DNA of 64,000 bases from Fistulifera solaris (taxonomy: Eukaryota). Positions 38,169-50,100 of this stretch are shown one piece after another. Below the pieces are notes generated by a model, which saw only the letters and a program-made list of their open reading frames with translations, was not told the origin of the DNA and ran no database searches. Made by a program: the position numbers and the translations under genes. The first letter of the stretch is position 1. Each line of letters begins with the position of its first letter. The stretch lies in contig AP026150.1 of assembly GCA_030295235.1 (NCBI GenBank), positions 1-64,000 on the forward strand, written 5' to 3'.

Positions 38169-39852
38169 AAGTGGATTGCAATATGACCGAAAGCTCTTAT
38201 CTGCATTCGTTGGCTGTCTATTTCATCAGCAACTGATGCCTTTTCCTTTTCGAATATAAATAATTAAGTTTGCATGAATATTAAAAGAGTATTTATTTGC
38301 TTCGTTGCAGTTTAATTCAATAAGGATGTACATCCGGACGATTTTTATTTGTCAAACGAATTCCTTACCTTTGTGTCGGGTAACCCTCCTTCAATCGAGC
38401 TGAAGTGATACAATTCTTTAACGTTCCTACAGAATAAAGAATTGCTCATCTTCTTCTCAAGTAAATCGTTGCGACAGGTGTGTGTTTGTGTCGACGATTT
38501 GGGAAAAAAATGAAATGTCATTATGTTTCAACGTTTTGTCTTCTGGTGTATTATTTGTTTTACTCCGAGTGAGTTAGTTGTTTGGCGCTTGCGTTTGTTT
38601 GGGGACTGAAAACCTGTTCAGTCGGAAACGGCATGCGACTCTTGAAACGAATTTCAATGAAACACGCTAGTTTGTTGTCGATGGCGACGAAAAAAAATTT
38701 ATTGAGGAATGAAGATTTGTGCGAATGACGAAACGCGAAATGGGTGAGAGTTTTTTGAGAACAAGGCCTTTCAGCTTAGCTCGCGATCCAAAAAATCCAA
38801 ATGGTCCACCAGCACAAGCATGGTTCACACTTGCCAGATAAAAATCTCTTGAAACTGAAACGTCTGGACTCGTGACTCGCACACCAAAGCCAAAAGCCAT
38901 GAGCTGAGGATTAATCAGATCCCGGATGAGGCCATTTCGTAGGCATTAAGATAAATGTCTGTTTCTTCATGGGAAAGTAGAAAATTCTTGGAAAGTTCTC
39001 AGGTCTTGGTTCGTTTCCTTGCATCTTGGCTTTCTCCTTGTATGCCACGAAGTCTTTGATGTTTTACAGCTGGCAGAGTTCTTTCGCAGCAGAAAAAGAG
39101 CGCATTATTAACAAGTGATCCACGAATGATATTTATTTCGCACCCGAAAAACTTTCCTATGTGCTAAAGAATAACGAAGAACATCATTGTTTTTTGTTGG
39201 GACAGGTCATTGTGAAATTGTGAATTGTGAAAGACGAAACTTGTAACTTGTATGGTGTATCGTGCACGTGATTGGTGGGATCTTGATGGCGCGTCAATGG
39301 TCAATGGTCATCGGACATCCGCCAATGACCAACCAGAGTCTGTGCTGGGCGTATTGCGCTACTGCAAACTACGAATACTCCGTTGTCCTTGGCGTACCTT
39401 CGACCTTCGACCCTTCGACCTTCGCACTGCAAAAAAAATTGAAAGTCGGTCCGACTGGTTGTTGGTGTTCCGATACCTTATTCGATCCGCTAAACACACA
39501 TACAATCGCTTCAGAGACCGCCTTTATTTTCTAAATCGAATCAATAAAGACCCAAAGCGCATTGCTTCGCATAAATTGAGCTTTGGTTCGGGTTTCAGCG
39601 AACACCCGAGTGCTGGACATCAATCGAGAGGCATTGTTCAACCGATTCATTGACGCGATTTTACTCCAAAAGTTTTCACAACTGGCGCGAGAATAACAAT
39701 TTCGTAACGCCGATTCATCTCTTTCATAAACGCAGCTTTCAAAACTGCTGCCATTATTTCATAATCACTGAAAGCGAATTCATAATATTAGTCCTCATAC
39801 AAGGCCCTTTCATAAAATCAATCGTCATAACAGAGCAACTCTTATCGTAACA

Positions 39853-42800
39853 ATGATGAAAACAGGTAAGTCAACGAAGCGATTCTCTCTTTTTCAACGA
39901 ATTTTGTTCTCATAATGACATCACTACGCAGTCCTTTTATTATTATGGCTTCTTGCCGACCACACTGCCGAGGCTCAATTCCTTGCCAACTTGTTTCAAC
40001 GAAATCGAACGACGACCACCACCACCACTTCGTTCGCTTGTCAGTTGAGTAAAACCGTGCCATTGACCACGTACAAAGAAACGACCGATTTGCGACTCGC
40101 CAACACCAAAGTATCGGTCAACGAAGTTTGTGTGCTCTGGCGCATTACTTCGACTGGTGTGCGCGTACCGGTGGCTCGTTCTTACAGTGGCAACAATTGG
40201 GAAGCCCAAAGTGGGCCGTATGCACGACAGAAGTTGACATGTAGCAGTGGTATTTGCACGACGCGCTTGCCGGCCCGTGCAGACACGCAACGTTACGAGT
40301 TGGTGTCGTATCAACGTCGAGTCCTCAGCAAAGATGAAACGGCGGCGCGTTTCTTAGAACAGACTACCTTTGGACCTCGACTCAGTGAGATCCGTGCCTT
40401 TCCGGATGTGACCACTCTTACATTTGCACAGTGGTTTCTGAATCAAGCCAATCTATCCATTACTTCGCATCGCGCGGAATTTCGAAAGCGTCTCAACCAT
40501 CGTTTCCCCTCCAGCGGAAACACAAGAGTCGGCCGTGTGACTCAGCCCTGCGAAGTCGGCACACGTTATCGTCGAGCAGCTTTCAGTGACAAAGATCAGG
40601 AAGCGATTGTTGAGATTCGTACGTTGTCGTCGACGCAGAAAGCCCTATCGATTGACGGAAAGTTACGCACGATAGTCAACGCGTCCCAGCTGTACTCCAA
40701 TGCCGTTCAGGCAGGTCAACAACTAGCGGACGGAAAGTAAGTATACGCTGTGTCTTTTGTCTTCGGGCGTTTCGATTATTGATAACTCAGTATTTGAACA
40801 TTACAGGTATCCCGTCTGTGACAAAGTCGAAACATGGATCGGAGGAAAGTTCCATTTGGTGCACAACGGTGTCTGCGGAAATCTATTCGCCGATAGCATC
40901 GCAGTGGGCAATCCAGCCGTGTCGCTGGACTCAGCTAGTGCATCGAAAGCCACAATTCTTGATTTAAGCAACAAGGTTCGGGTGGTGGATACTCAGTATT
41001 ATAATGCTGTGCAGGATCTTCTTGTCACAGCTCCTGTGAGTCCTTGTACGCAAGTGACTCAGGAGAGCCACATGTTTGGATTTTACGACGGAAAATATTG
41101 GCTTCATGATCCGCGCTTCGTGATCGACGAAAACACGTTGGACAAGCCAAACACGGAAGCGTGCACCTCCGCTCCGTCAACCTTCCTCAACGAGGATTCG
41201 TGCATCCTTGCCCAAACAACTCCATGTGGCACCTCAACTTCACCCACAACTGTAGACTTGGTATGTGGGAGTCCATTCGAAGTCGCGAACAACGCATCTT
41301 TGGCAGGTTCCTTAATTGGGGGAGCGTTTGACATTGTTACTTCTGAAAACAAGACCACACCTGAAAACGAACTCATGGATCAGAATCTCATGATTTGGAT
41401 GGATATTTCGCTTTCGAGTAAAGACCAATTGAGGCAGCGAATTGCTTGGGCCTTGAGTCAAATTCTGGTTGTGTCTCCGTATGCAGTCGAAGCCTGGTAT
41501 ACAAATGAAGTTTTCCTCACGTACTACGACATCTTTGTGAGGCACGCTTTTGGAAATTACCGTGACATCCTCAAAGAAGTCTCTTACAGTCCCGCAATGG
41601 CACAGATGCTGAGCTACGACGGCAGCAAAAGCACAGCACTCGTCTACTATCAGAGTCAACGCATGGAGTATCCTGATGAGAACTTTTCTCGCGAAGTAAT
41701 GCAATTGTTTAGCATCAGCACGCATCAGTTGAACCAGGATGGTACCCCTATACTGGATGGAACCAATCACCCTGTATTAAGTTACACGAACGACGACATC
41801 ATGGAATATGCTAGGATGTGGACCGGTTTCAAGCCACAGCCTCGTCGAAACAACGTAGAGGATTTCCCGTCACCTTGGAGAGGCAGTCCTGTCGATCCCA
41901 TGATGATCGAAGCCGAAGCAAGAGACAGTTTGCCAAAGGTATGTTGATTGTGTTTCCAATATTTTCACCCTTATGCTTGATTTGCGAACAACAAACACTT
42001 AAAAAAATTTTGTTTCAATCCCTTGCAGATGGGTCTGAACCGTACATATGTTGGAGACGGATATCCGCTGTGCTCCGACTTGCCTAACCAGCACTTTCTC
42101 AAGCGTGGGGCAACCTACCGGCTGTTGGGGCCAAAGCCCCAGCCCCGTCTGTTGAACGACCCTAAGAGCTGGACCGACTCGACGACGACGAAGCGCTTTT
42201 CACTAGATAAAACCTCCAGCCTCTACCAAGCACTCTGCAAAGCGTCTGGTGGCGTATGTTCTTATCCTGTAAAAGTTGTATTACAGACAAATATTGCCTG
42301 CACTGGAGTCGAGTGTGAGATCGACGAACCCCGTGTCATAGAAGTAAGCGGCATGTACTACGAGTATACGCGTTTGCCGTGTGTCCAACAAGCATTTTTC
42401 AACAATCCGGCAATAATGGTAAACCAGTGGGGATGGACCGTTTGCGCAGATAGACGTACGGCTGCAGCATCACTTGCTTGCTGTCCCACTAGTACTGGCA
42501 AAGCAAACACCACTTTGGTCAAGTTCGCCGGCGAGAAATTGACATTCGATAGGTCTATGGCTCGCTGCAAGGCCAACGGCATGGTCACATGCGACGTGGC
42601 CTGGTGGGATTGCAACGGTTGTAACACGCAGCTGGGACACTGGACAACCCAATCATGCAATTTGGTAGTAAAAGTACATCGTGATGGGAAAATCGGAATC
42701 GTACACGAAGCTCCGGAAAGCTGGCCAGGTGGAAGCAAAAATATGTACTATAATGTCAAAAGAGACACGAAGACATCATTCCGAGTAGACTGGCAAGGGC

Positions 42801-45563
42801 CGCTGAGTACGCTACTTGGTTCGTACAACACTCAATGTGCTACCATGGGATGCAAAATGGACACAACCGAGAATGTTTGTCTTTGTCCTGTTGCCTCTGT
42901 GGCGGATAGTCCCGTTTTCACCAGCGCTCCAACAGTGACTCAAGTCCTTCACCAGTTACCCATAGGATCCTTTTCTCCTGACATTCTAACAGGAACTTAT
43001 AGCGCACGGGATCTTGGCAATGGGGTTCTTATGTACTCAACAGACGGGTTGTTTTCTGCAAGATCCGTTTTCCAGGTCAAAGATGCCAATGGAGTAACAC
43101 ACTTCCGAAAAAACATCAAGTCGACTGTGACAATTGGGTCTGGAACGCTCTCTTTCCGAAACCCGCCTCATTTCGTATCGCTCGCTTTCCCCGAGGCCCG
43201 TGATGCTGCTTATGAGACAGATGCCGGACTGGATCACTATTTTGTAAGTCGAACACATTGTTTCGCATCGTCAAGATCGTAACCGTTCGGAAACTGATCA
43301 TGCACCACTCACGTGTCCTGTTAATTTGCTTGCAGTATCATCCAAACACTGCGCCTTTCCTGGCTTCAAGAATGCTGCAGCGTTTCGGTCTATCCAATCC
43401 TTCCCCTCGCATGATCTCAACTGTTGCGAATGCGTTTCGAACAGGCGTTTACGTCGCAGGTGGAGTGACTCTAGGTAGCAAAAGTATGGCGACATGTTCG
43501 CCATGATGGCTGCCATTGTGCTCGATCGTGAGTCTCGTGCTCCGATTCTAGATGCAGACCCTGTTTCTGGATCACTCCAGGAACCGTTTCTCCGCTATGT
43601 TCGCACCATGAGGTCGCTCGAGTTCAAGCGTTCTCCGGATGCTCCCTACATTCGCTTTAATACGTACTTTCCGAGCACCCTTGCACAGCAACCACATTTA
43701 CAAACAAGTGTATTCTCCTACTTCGCACCTGATTTCTCTCCTGCCGGACCTGTCGGAAATGCCGGTCTCTACTGCCCTGAGTGCGAGATCACCGACGGAC
43801 CGAAAGCAATCAACTTGATGAATGCTTTGAACAGTCTCCTCAAGTACGGATTGACTTCGTCCTACGGTGGATTCGGGCACGGACGGGGGCTCACACCTAG
43901 CAAGGGCAATTACACGAACTCGTTTGGTAACTTAGCTTTGCAGCTGAGTGACTCGTTGACGGCGGTTCAAATAGTGGACGAACTTGCCTTGCTGCTTACA
44001 GCTGGTAGATTGAGCGCTCAAAAACGGACCATGATGGTGAACGTGTTTAACTCGCAGGTTTCGAGGGCGCAAGGTATTATCACGGTCGAGCAATTGATGC
44101 TCACGACGCCCGAATTTCACACAAACACCTTATCCCATAACAATGCCGGTGCAGTCTCTCCGCCTCCTCTGCCGACACCCAATACAAAGCCGTACAAGGC
44201 AGTCATCTATGTGATGCTTTCGGGAGGTGTAGACTCATTCAACATGCTTGTTCCTCAAGTTTGTACTGGAACAAACAGTGCCGGAGTCACCGTCGATCAG
44301 CAATACAATGTGGAGCGTGGGAGTTTGGCTCTTCCCTCAGGCGAACGATCTTTGCAAATCACGACTACAAATCAACCTTGTTCGACATTCGCTATCCACA
44401 AAGAGCTGCCGCTGTTCAAGTCGTTGTATGATGCCGGCGATTTGACCTTTATCGCGAATATGGGAGTGCTGAATGATGTCACGGGAATCGACAAGGCCAA
44501 TTACATGGCCAAGACTCGAGTTCAACTCTTTGCTCACAACTGGATGACGCAGGAAGCAAAAACGATGGATCCCAAGGCCTCCAAGTTCGGCACCGGTGTC
44601 CTTGGTCGACTGAGCTCGGTGTTGAAAGATAAAGGGTACACACCAAGTTCGGTTTCATTCGATAGTGGATCGGTGGCCAATTCTCCGGAACGTAATAAGG
44701 CACCGAAACCAGTCGTCGTAAGTCCCTACGGAGTGAGCAAGTTTGACTCCAAACCGTGGGCCGATAAATTCGACTTGACGTCCTACGCTCGGCAGTTAAA
44801 TGCCAAGCCCAACTCCACCGATTCGTTCATTGGTCAGACCTGGTCCTCCCGCTTCATTGACGGAATCGATGAAGCTGAATTTTTCAAAAGCAAAGTCGAG
44901 CAAGCTCCTTTGGGAGGTCACTGGAACTGGGACATGGGTAATCTTGGCTATCAGTTCCGCATGCTTTCGAAGCTTATGAAAAGTCGCGACGTGAGGGGAG
45001 TCGATCGTGATGTGTTTTACACGGAGTTCGGCGGGTGGGATCACCATAATGGACAAGTCTCTGGTTTGCAAAACAAATTCAGGGAACTGAACAAGTCACT
45101 CGACTTGCTCATCACAGAATTGAAACTGCAAGGCGTCTGGAACGATGTGACGATCGTTATCGCCTCTGAATTCGGGCGCACCCTTACGCCGAATTCCGGT
45201 GGAGGTTCCGATCACGCTTGGGGAGGACATTATGCGATCATGGGAGGTGATGTGAAAGGAGGAAAGGTTCTCGGTCTCTATCCTACCGACTTGACCGAGA
45301 AAGGACCGCTGAATGTCGGCCGAGGCCGTTTTATTCCGACGACCAGTTGGGATGCTGTATGGAACGGTATTGCGCAGTGGATGGGAATCACCACAGAAAC
45401 TGAGCTTGATTATTGCTTGCCGAATCGAAAGGCGACTTCCGGTGTAAATGGATTTACAAATCTCTTTTCGCGAAGCGATCTTTTTCAATCCGTTGCTCGA
45501 AAAAGACATTTGCGTGAACGAAAAGCTGATCCTGATGCAGGAGAGGTCAATGTTCATTCATAA
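39853..45563 (+). CDS. Secreted DUF1800-DUF1501 fusion protein, copy D, with an in-frame ~190-aa internal deletion; introns 39866-39931, 40737-40806, 41939-42028, 43244-43335; one frameshift in the A-run at ~43482
   Basis: A 13-nt first exon plus exon 2 give MMKTVLLLLWLLADHTAEA-Q; full motif set; PTTVDL is joined directly to VCGSPFEV at ~41260; ends RKRHLRERKADPDAGEVNVHS*. Confidence 0.9.
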
Positions 45564-47197
45564 AATCATGTATCATTCATAAATAACAATATATAAGAAG
45601 GTAACCATAACGATTTGTTTGAAAAACAATAACATGATTTGCTTTTGCCTTGCTTTTTTCATTTTGTTGTGTTTCCCTTGATGATTCCTGTTTCCTGTGT
45701 TAATGCAAGCATTCCTTTGAGATCTCTGCAACGGACAAGAGCATCATTTAGCATTTAGCTATCTGCAACCTTTGCGACAACATATCACAATATCGAAAAC
45801 TACAAACATTTTGGACCTTGATCGCGTTAATCAGCGTCCGCTAAGCAAGACCCACTTTGATTGATTGACATGAGAAATCAAAAAGCGCCTAAAAAGCAAA
45901 CAGCAATTAATAAAAGCATCTCTATCTTGAGGAAAATGGCGTCCATGGGTTATGAGGAATGACGATGATAGGTAGGTACGAGCAATGCAACATGCAATAT
46001 CAAAGTGAACGATATTTTTCTCTTGGTTTCGTGACTGAAAGGCAATCATGGTTTCGTTGAACTTCTCCATTCCGGCCGAGTTCCGTTTTGCTCAATGAAG
46101 TGAAGATCCAAATGATTGACAGGTAGAATTAGACCTCTAGGCTTCAACAAGTAGCTGTAGAAATGGTAGTGTAATCCTTTTGCAAGTGATTGTGGTTCAT
46201 GGGATACTGCATTGCGAGCCACACAGTGAACCATGCTTTTAGGAATTCATGACTGGAAATTCAGTCGTGTCACTGGTGAACCTACACATTGGATTATAGT
46301 AGTGACACAGCGCCTGGTGGTATTGACGGATGTGTGTTGCTTGTTTAGTAATTTTGAGCAGCAACCAAGGAAGATTTCATTGTTCATTCTTTGTTCAAAG
46401 ATACATGCGAGTAAACATGACTTTTTTCTCTTGTTACCATTTTGGAAACAGAGAGAATGGACATGTATTTTTTTAGACGACAATGCGCAGGACCGCTGGA
46501 ATGTGTGTGAACGGAAGCCGCGTTCGTCCCTGTTTCACTCGGTCCATGATGAACTACCGGAACAAGACTGCAATATACTTCCAAAAAAAAAATAAGCTGA
46601 AAGGCGAGTGACGCTGCATTCCCAGCTACTTTTGTCATGCAATTCTTGTCGCACAAGAAAAAACAAAAACAAACAAACAAACAGATGAATAGAACGGAAG
46701 ACGAGCACACAACTTTGAATGGCCCCCTGCCCGATGGCCTTGGCAACTACTATCGCCCGTTCGGGAGCGGTCCTGTATTTCGATCCTATTTCAAGAAGTA
46801 AACACAATAAATATATTGATCACAATGTACAATCTACTCAGCCGAAGCGATCGTGTGAACAAAGGACTCCAGTCACCTCTATCGAAGTTCTTTGAGAATT
46901 CTAAATCCAGGAACTCATTTTCGGGCAGACGAAGGGCATATTATAGAACCGCTCTTTTTGGCATTAAACGGAATGCATTACTGATAGAACAAAATTGGGT
47001 GAACGAATTTAGCATCTTGTCCTTACAATGGGGCTTAGCTAGGCCAACACATATCGGGGGCGTTCCCTCGAATGCCACCGAACCTCTTTCACTGGTCCAA
47101 AAATGGCTCGACAAGCGACTCCGATTTGCAAAGATGGATCCCTTCCTCTTCTTTCACAAAAAAGTGTTGGATGATTATCGCGATGATGATCATGAAC

Positions 47198-50100
47198 ATG
47201 ATGAAAAAAGGTGTGTCTTGCGTGTGTTACTGCTGTTTTATTGTCATTCCATCTCACAACATCTACTTGCAGCTCTTTCGTGGTTGCTGGTGCTATTGAT
47301 TGCCAAGGCGGATGCCCAAGTACAGGTGTTTTCTTGCCAGTTGAGTAAAACAGTTCCGTTAACCAACTATCGGGAAACGACGGATGTGAAATTGGTCAAT
47401 ACCAAAACATTGCCGTCGGAAGTCTGCGTGCTCTGGCGGATCACCTCGTCGGGGGCGCGTGTGCCGGTGGCTCGGTCGTACGATGGAAACAACTGGGAGG
47501 CGCACAGTGGAACGTATATGAAACAGAAGTTTACATGCGTGAGTGGCGTGTGCACGACGAAACTTCCGGCCAAGACGGATACGCAACGTTATGAGTTGGT
47601 TTCCTACCAACGCAGGGCGCTTAGCAAAGATTAAATGGCGGCCCGTTTCTTGGAGCAGACCACGTTTGGTCCTCGACTGGATGAGATTCGTGCCTTTCCG
47701 GATGCCACAACGCAAACTTTCGCTCGTTGGATTCAGAATCAAGCAGCATTGCCTATCACTTCGCATCGCGCGGAGTTCCGAAAGCGACTCAATCATCGCT
47801 TTCCTACCGGTGCGAAAACGACAGTTGGCCGAGTGACTCAGCCGTGTGAAGCTGGTACCCGCTATCGTCGTGCGGCTTTTACCGATAAAGATGTGGGAGC
47901 TTTTGTGGAAGTCCGAACGGTGTCTTCAAAGCAGAAAGCTCTTTCGATTGGAGGAAAGCTACGCACGGTGATCAATGCCAGTAAACTCTACGTCAACGCG
48001 GTTCAAACGAATCAGCAATTGGCGGATGGAAAGTGAGTAATGATTCTGTGCTTCTTTCGTTCTCAACTTTACTGGGTTTTCTAACTACTTTTTGGCATAG
48101 ATATCTCATTTGTGATCAAGTTGAAGCACGGCTTGGTGGGCAGTTTCGCTTGAAACACAATAACGTTTGCGGGAATTTCTTCGCTGACAGTCAAGTCGTG
48201 GGCAATCCTGCCATCAACCTGGACGCTTCCAGTGCAGCTACGGTCAAAATTCTTGATCTGAGTAACAAGGCCAAGGTGGTGGATATTCAGTACAATAAGG
48301 TGGCTCAGGATCTTCTTCTAACTGTCCCTTTGAGTCAGTGCTCTCAAGTTCCTCAAGATGGACACGTTTTCGGCATCTTCGATGGCAAGTACTGGCTCCA
48401 CGACCCGCGTTTCGTTGTCGACGAAAACTCTCTGGAGAAACCAAACAACGAAGTTTGCTCTTCTGCTCCTCCTACTTTTCTCAACGAAGCATCGTGCGTG
48501 ATATCTCAAACGACTCCATGTGTGACAACCTCAGCACCCTTGAGCGTGTCGTCAACAGTTCAGTTGACCATTGCCACGCTGCAACAAGCATATAAGGACA
48601 CGGGCAAGCTAATGTATGCTGTGTCTGGTTTGAGAGGCCCATGGGATCCTCCCTGTAAGGCTGGAAGTACTTCTCGTTGGGTTGTTGTCAATGTGGATTG
48701 TACGGACACCACAATGAAGGACTCGACTCGTACATTCCTCCAGAACTTGTTAGTAGAAGCCAAAGCGACGCAAAGCAATCCGTACATGCTCGATGTCTTC
48801 ATGCCATTTGCTGCTTGTGACGCAACTGACGCAAATGGGCTCTACTATAGGATTGCTGCCAACGGCAAGTGCTACGAGAACGTTCACCCAAATCACTGGC
48901 AGGTGTTTGATTTTACTGCATGGGCCAGTCAGCATCCTGGTGGGGCTCCAGCTATCGAGCAGTTTGCACTGAGTGGCGAATTTGTTCTCAACTTTCCGGA
49001 TTGGCACACAATGGATCGATGGACTACGTATTCGAAACAGTTGACGAGTATCGGACGTTTTGGCGACACAGTTCCTGCTTTTGGGGATCCGCAACCTGGT
49101 CCAATTGAGGGAGGGGTCTCGTTGGTTTGTGGGAGTCCTTTTGAAGTCGCGAACAATGCATCTTTGGCGGGTTCGTTGCTAGCAGGTGCTTTCGACATCG
49201 TCACTTCCGAAAGCAAAACAACACCAGAGTCAAGATTGATGGAGCAGAATTTGATGATATGGATGGATATTGCGTTGAAGAGCAAGGACCAACTGAGGCA
49301 GCGAATTGCTTGGGCATTGAGTCAGATTCTAGTTGTGGCCCCATACGCCCTTGAGTCATGGTATACCAATGAAGTGTTTCTGACGTACTATGACATCTTT
49401 GTGAGGCATGCATTTGGAAACTACCGCGACATTCTCAAGGAAGTGGCCTACTCCCCGGCGATGGCCGAGATGCTGAGCTATCTCAATAGCGAAAGGTAAA
49501 TGCTGATTTCCGTCCCGTTCCTTTTGCGTAAACAAGAACTCACGATCCCTTTTCATTGAACTGAGCATAGCACAGCAATCGTTTTTGAATACAAAAAGCA
49601 GTTTCAGTTTGCTGATGAGAACTTTTCTCGAGAAATAATGCAATTGTTTAGCATCGGCTTGTATCAGCTTAATCAAGACGGTTCTCTGCTGTTGAATGGA
49701 AACAACCTTCCTGTGCTGACTTATACGAACGATGACATCATGGAGTATGCCAGAATGTGGACCGGTTTTAAGCAACAGCCTCGTCGAAACAATATCGAAG
49801 ATTTTCCATCACCCTGGACCGGAAGTCTTGTCGACCCTATGATGATTCGAGTTGAAGCACGAGACAGTTTGCCAAAGGTGGGTAGATGATATCTTCTCTT
49901 TCTTCAATACGAGCCTGTCAAAAACTCAACATTCATTCATCTATTTAATTTCCAGATGGGTTTGAACCGTGCGTATGTCGGAGACGGATACCCCCTGTGC
50001 GCCGACTTGCCAAGCCAGCACTTTTTGAAGCGCGGAGCAACCTACCGATTGTTGGGACCGAAGCCCAAGCCCCGTCTGTTGAACGATCCTGATAGTTGGA

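Noticed and set aside
46816..47197. Long N-terminal extension of copy E suggested by the ORF track
   Set aside because: Paralogues C and D indicate the true start is the MMxK micro-exon at 47198; the upstream frame has no similarity to them
47632..47634. Stop-codon reassignment (TAA read as sense)
   Set aside because: Single occurrence; TAA terminates other genes here (FPPS, copy D, the Pro-rich gene)
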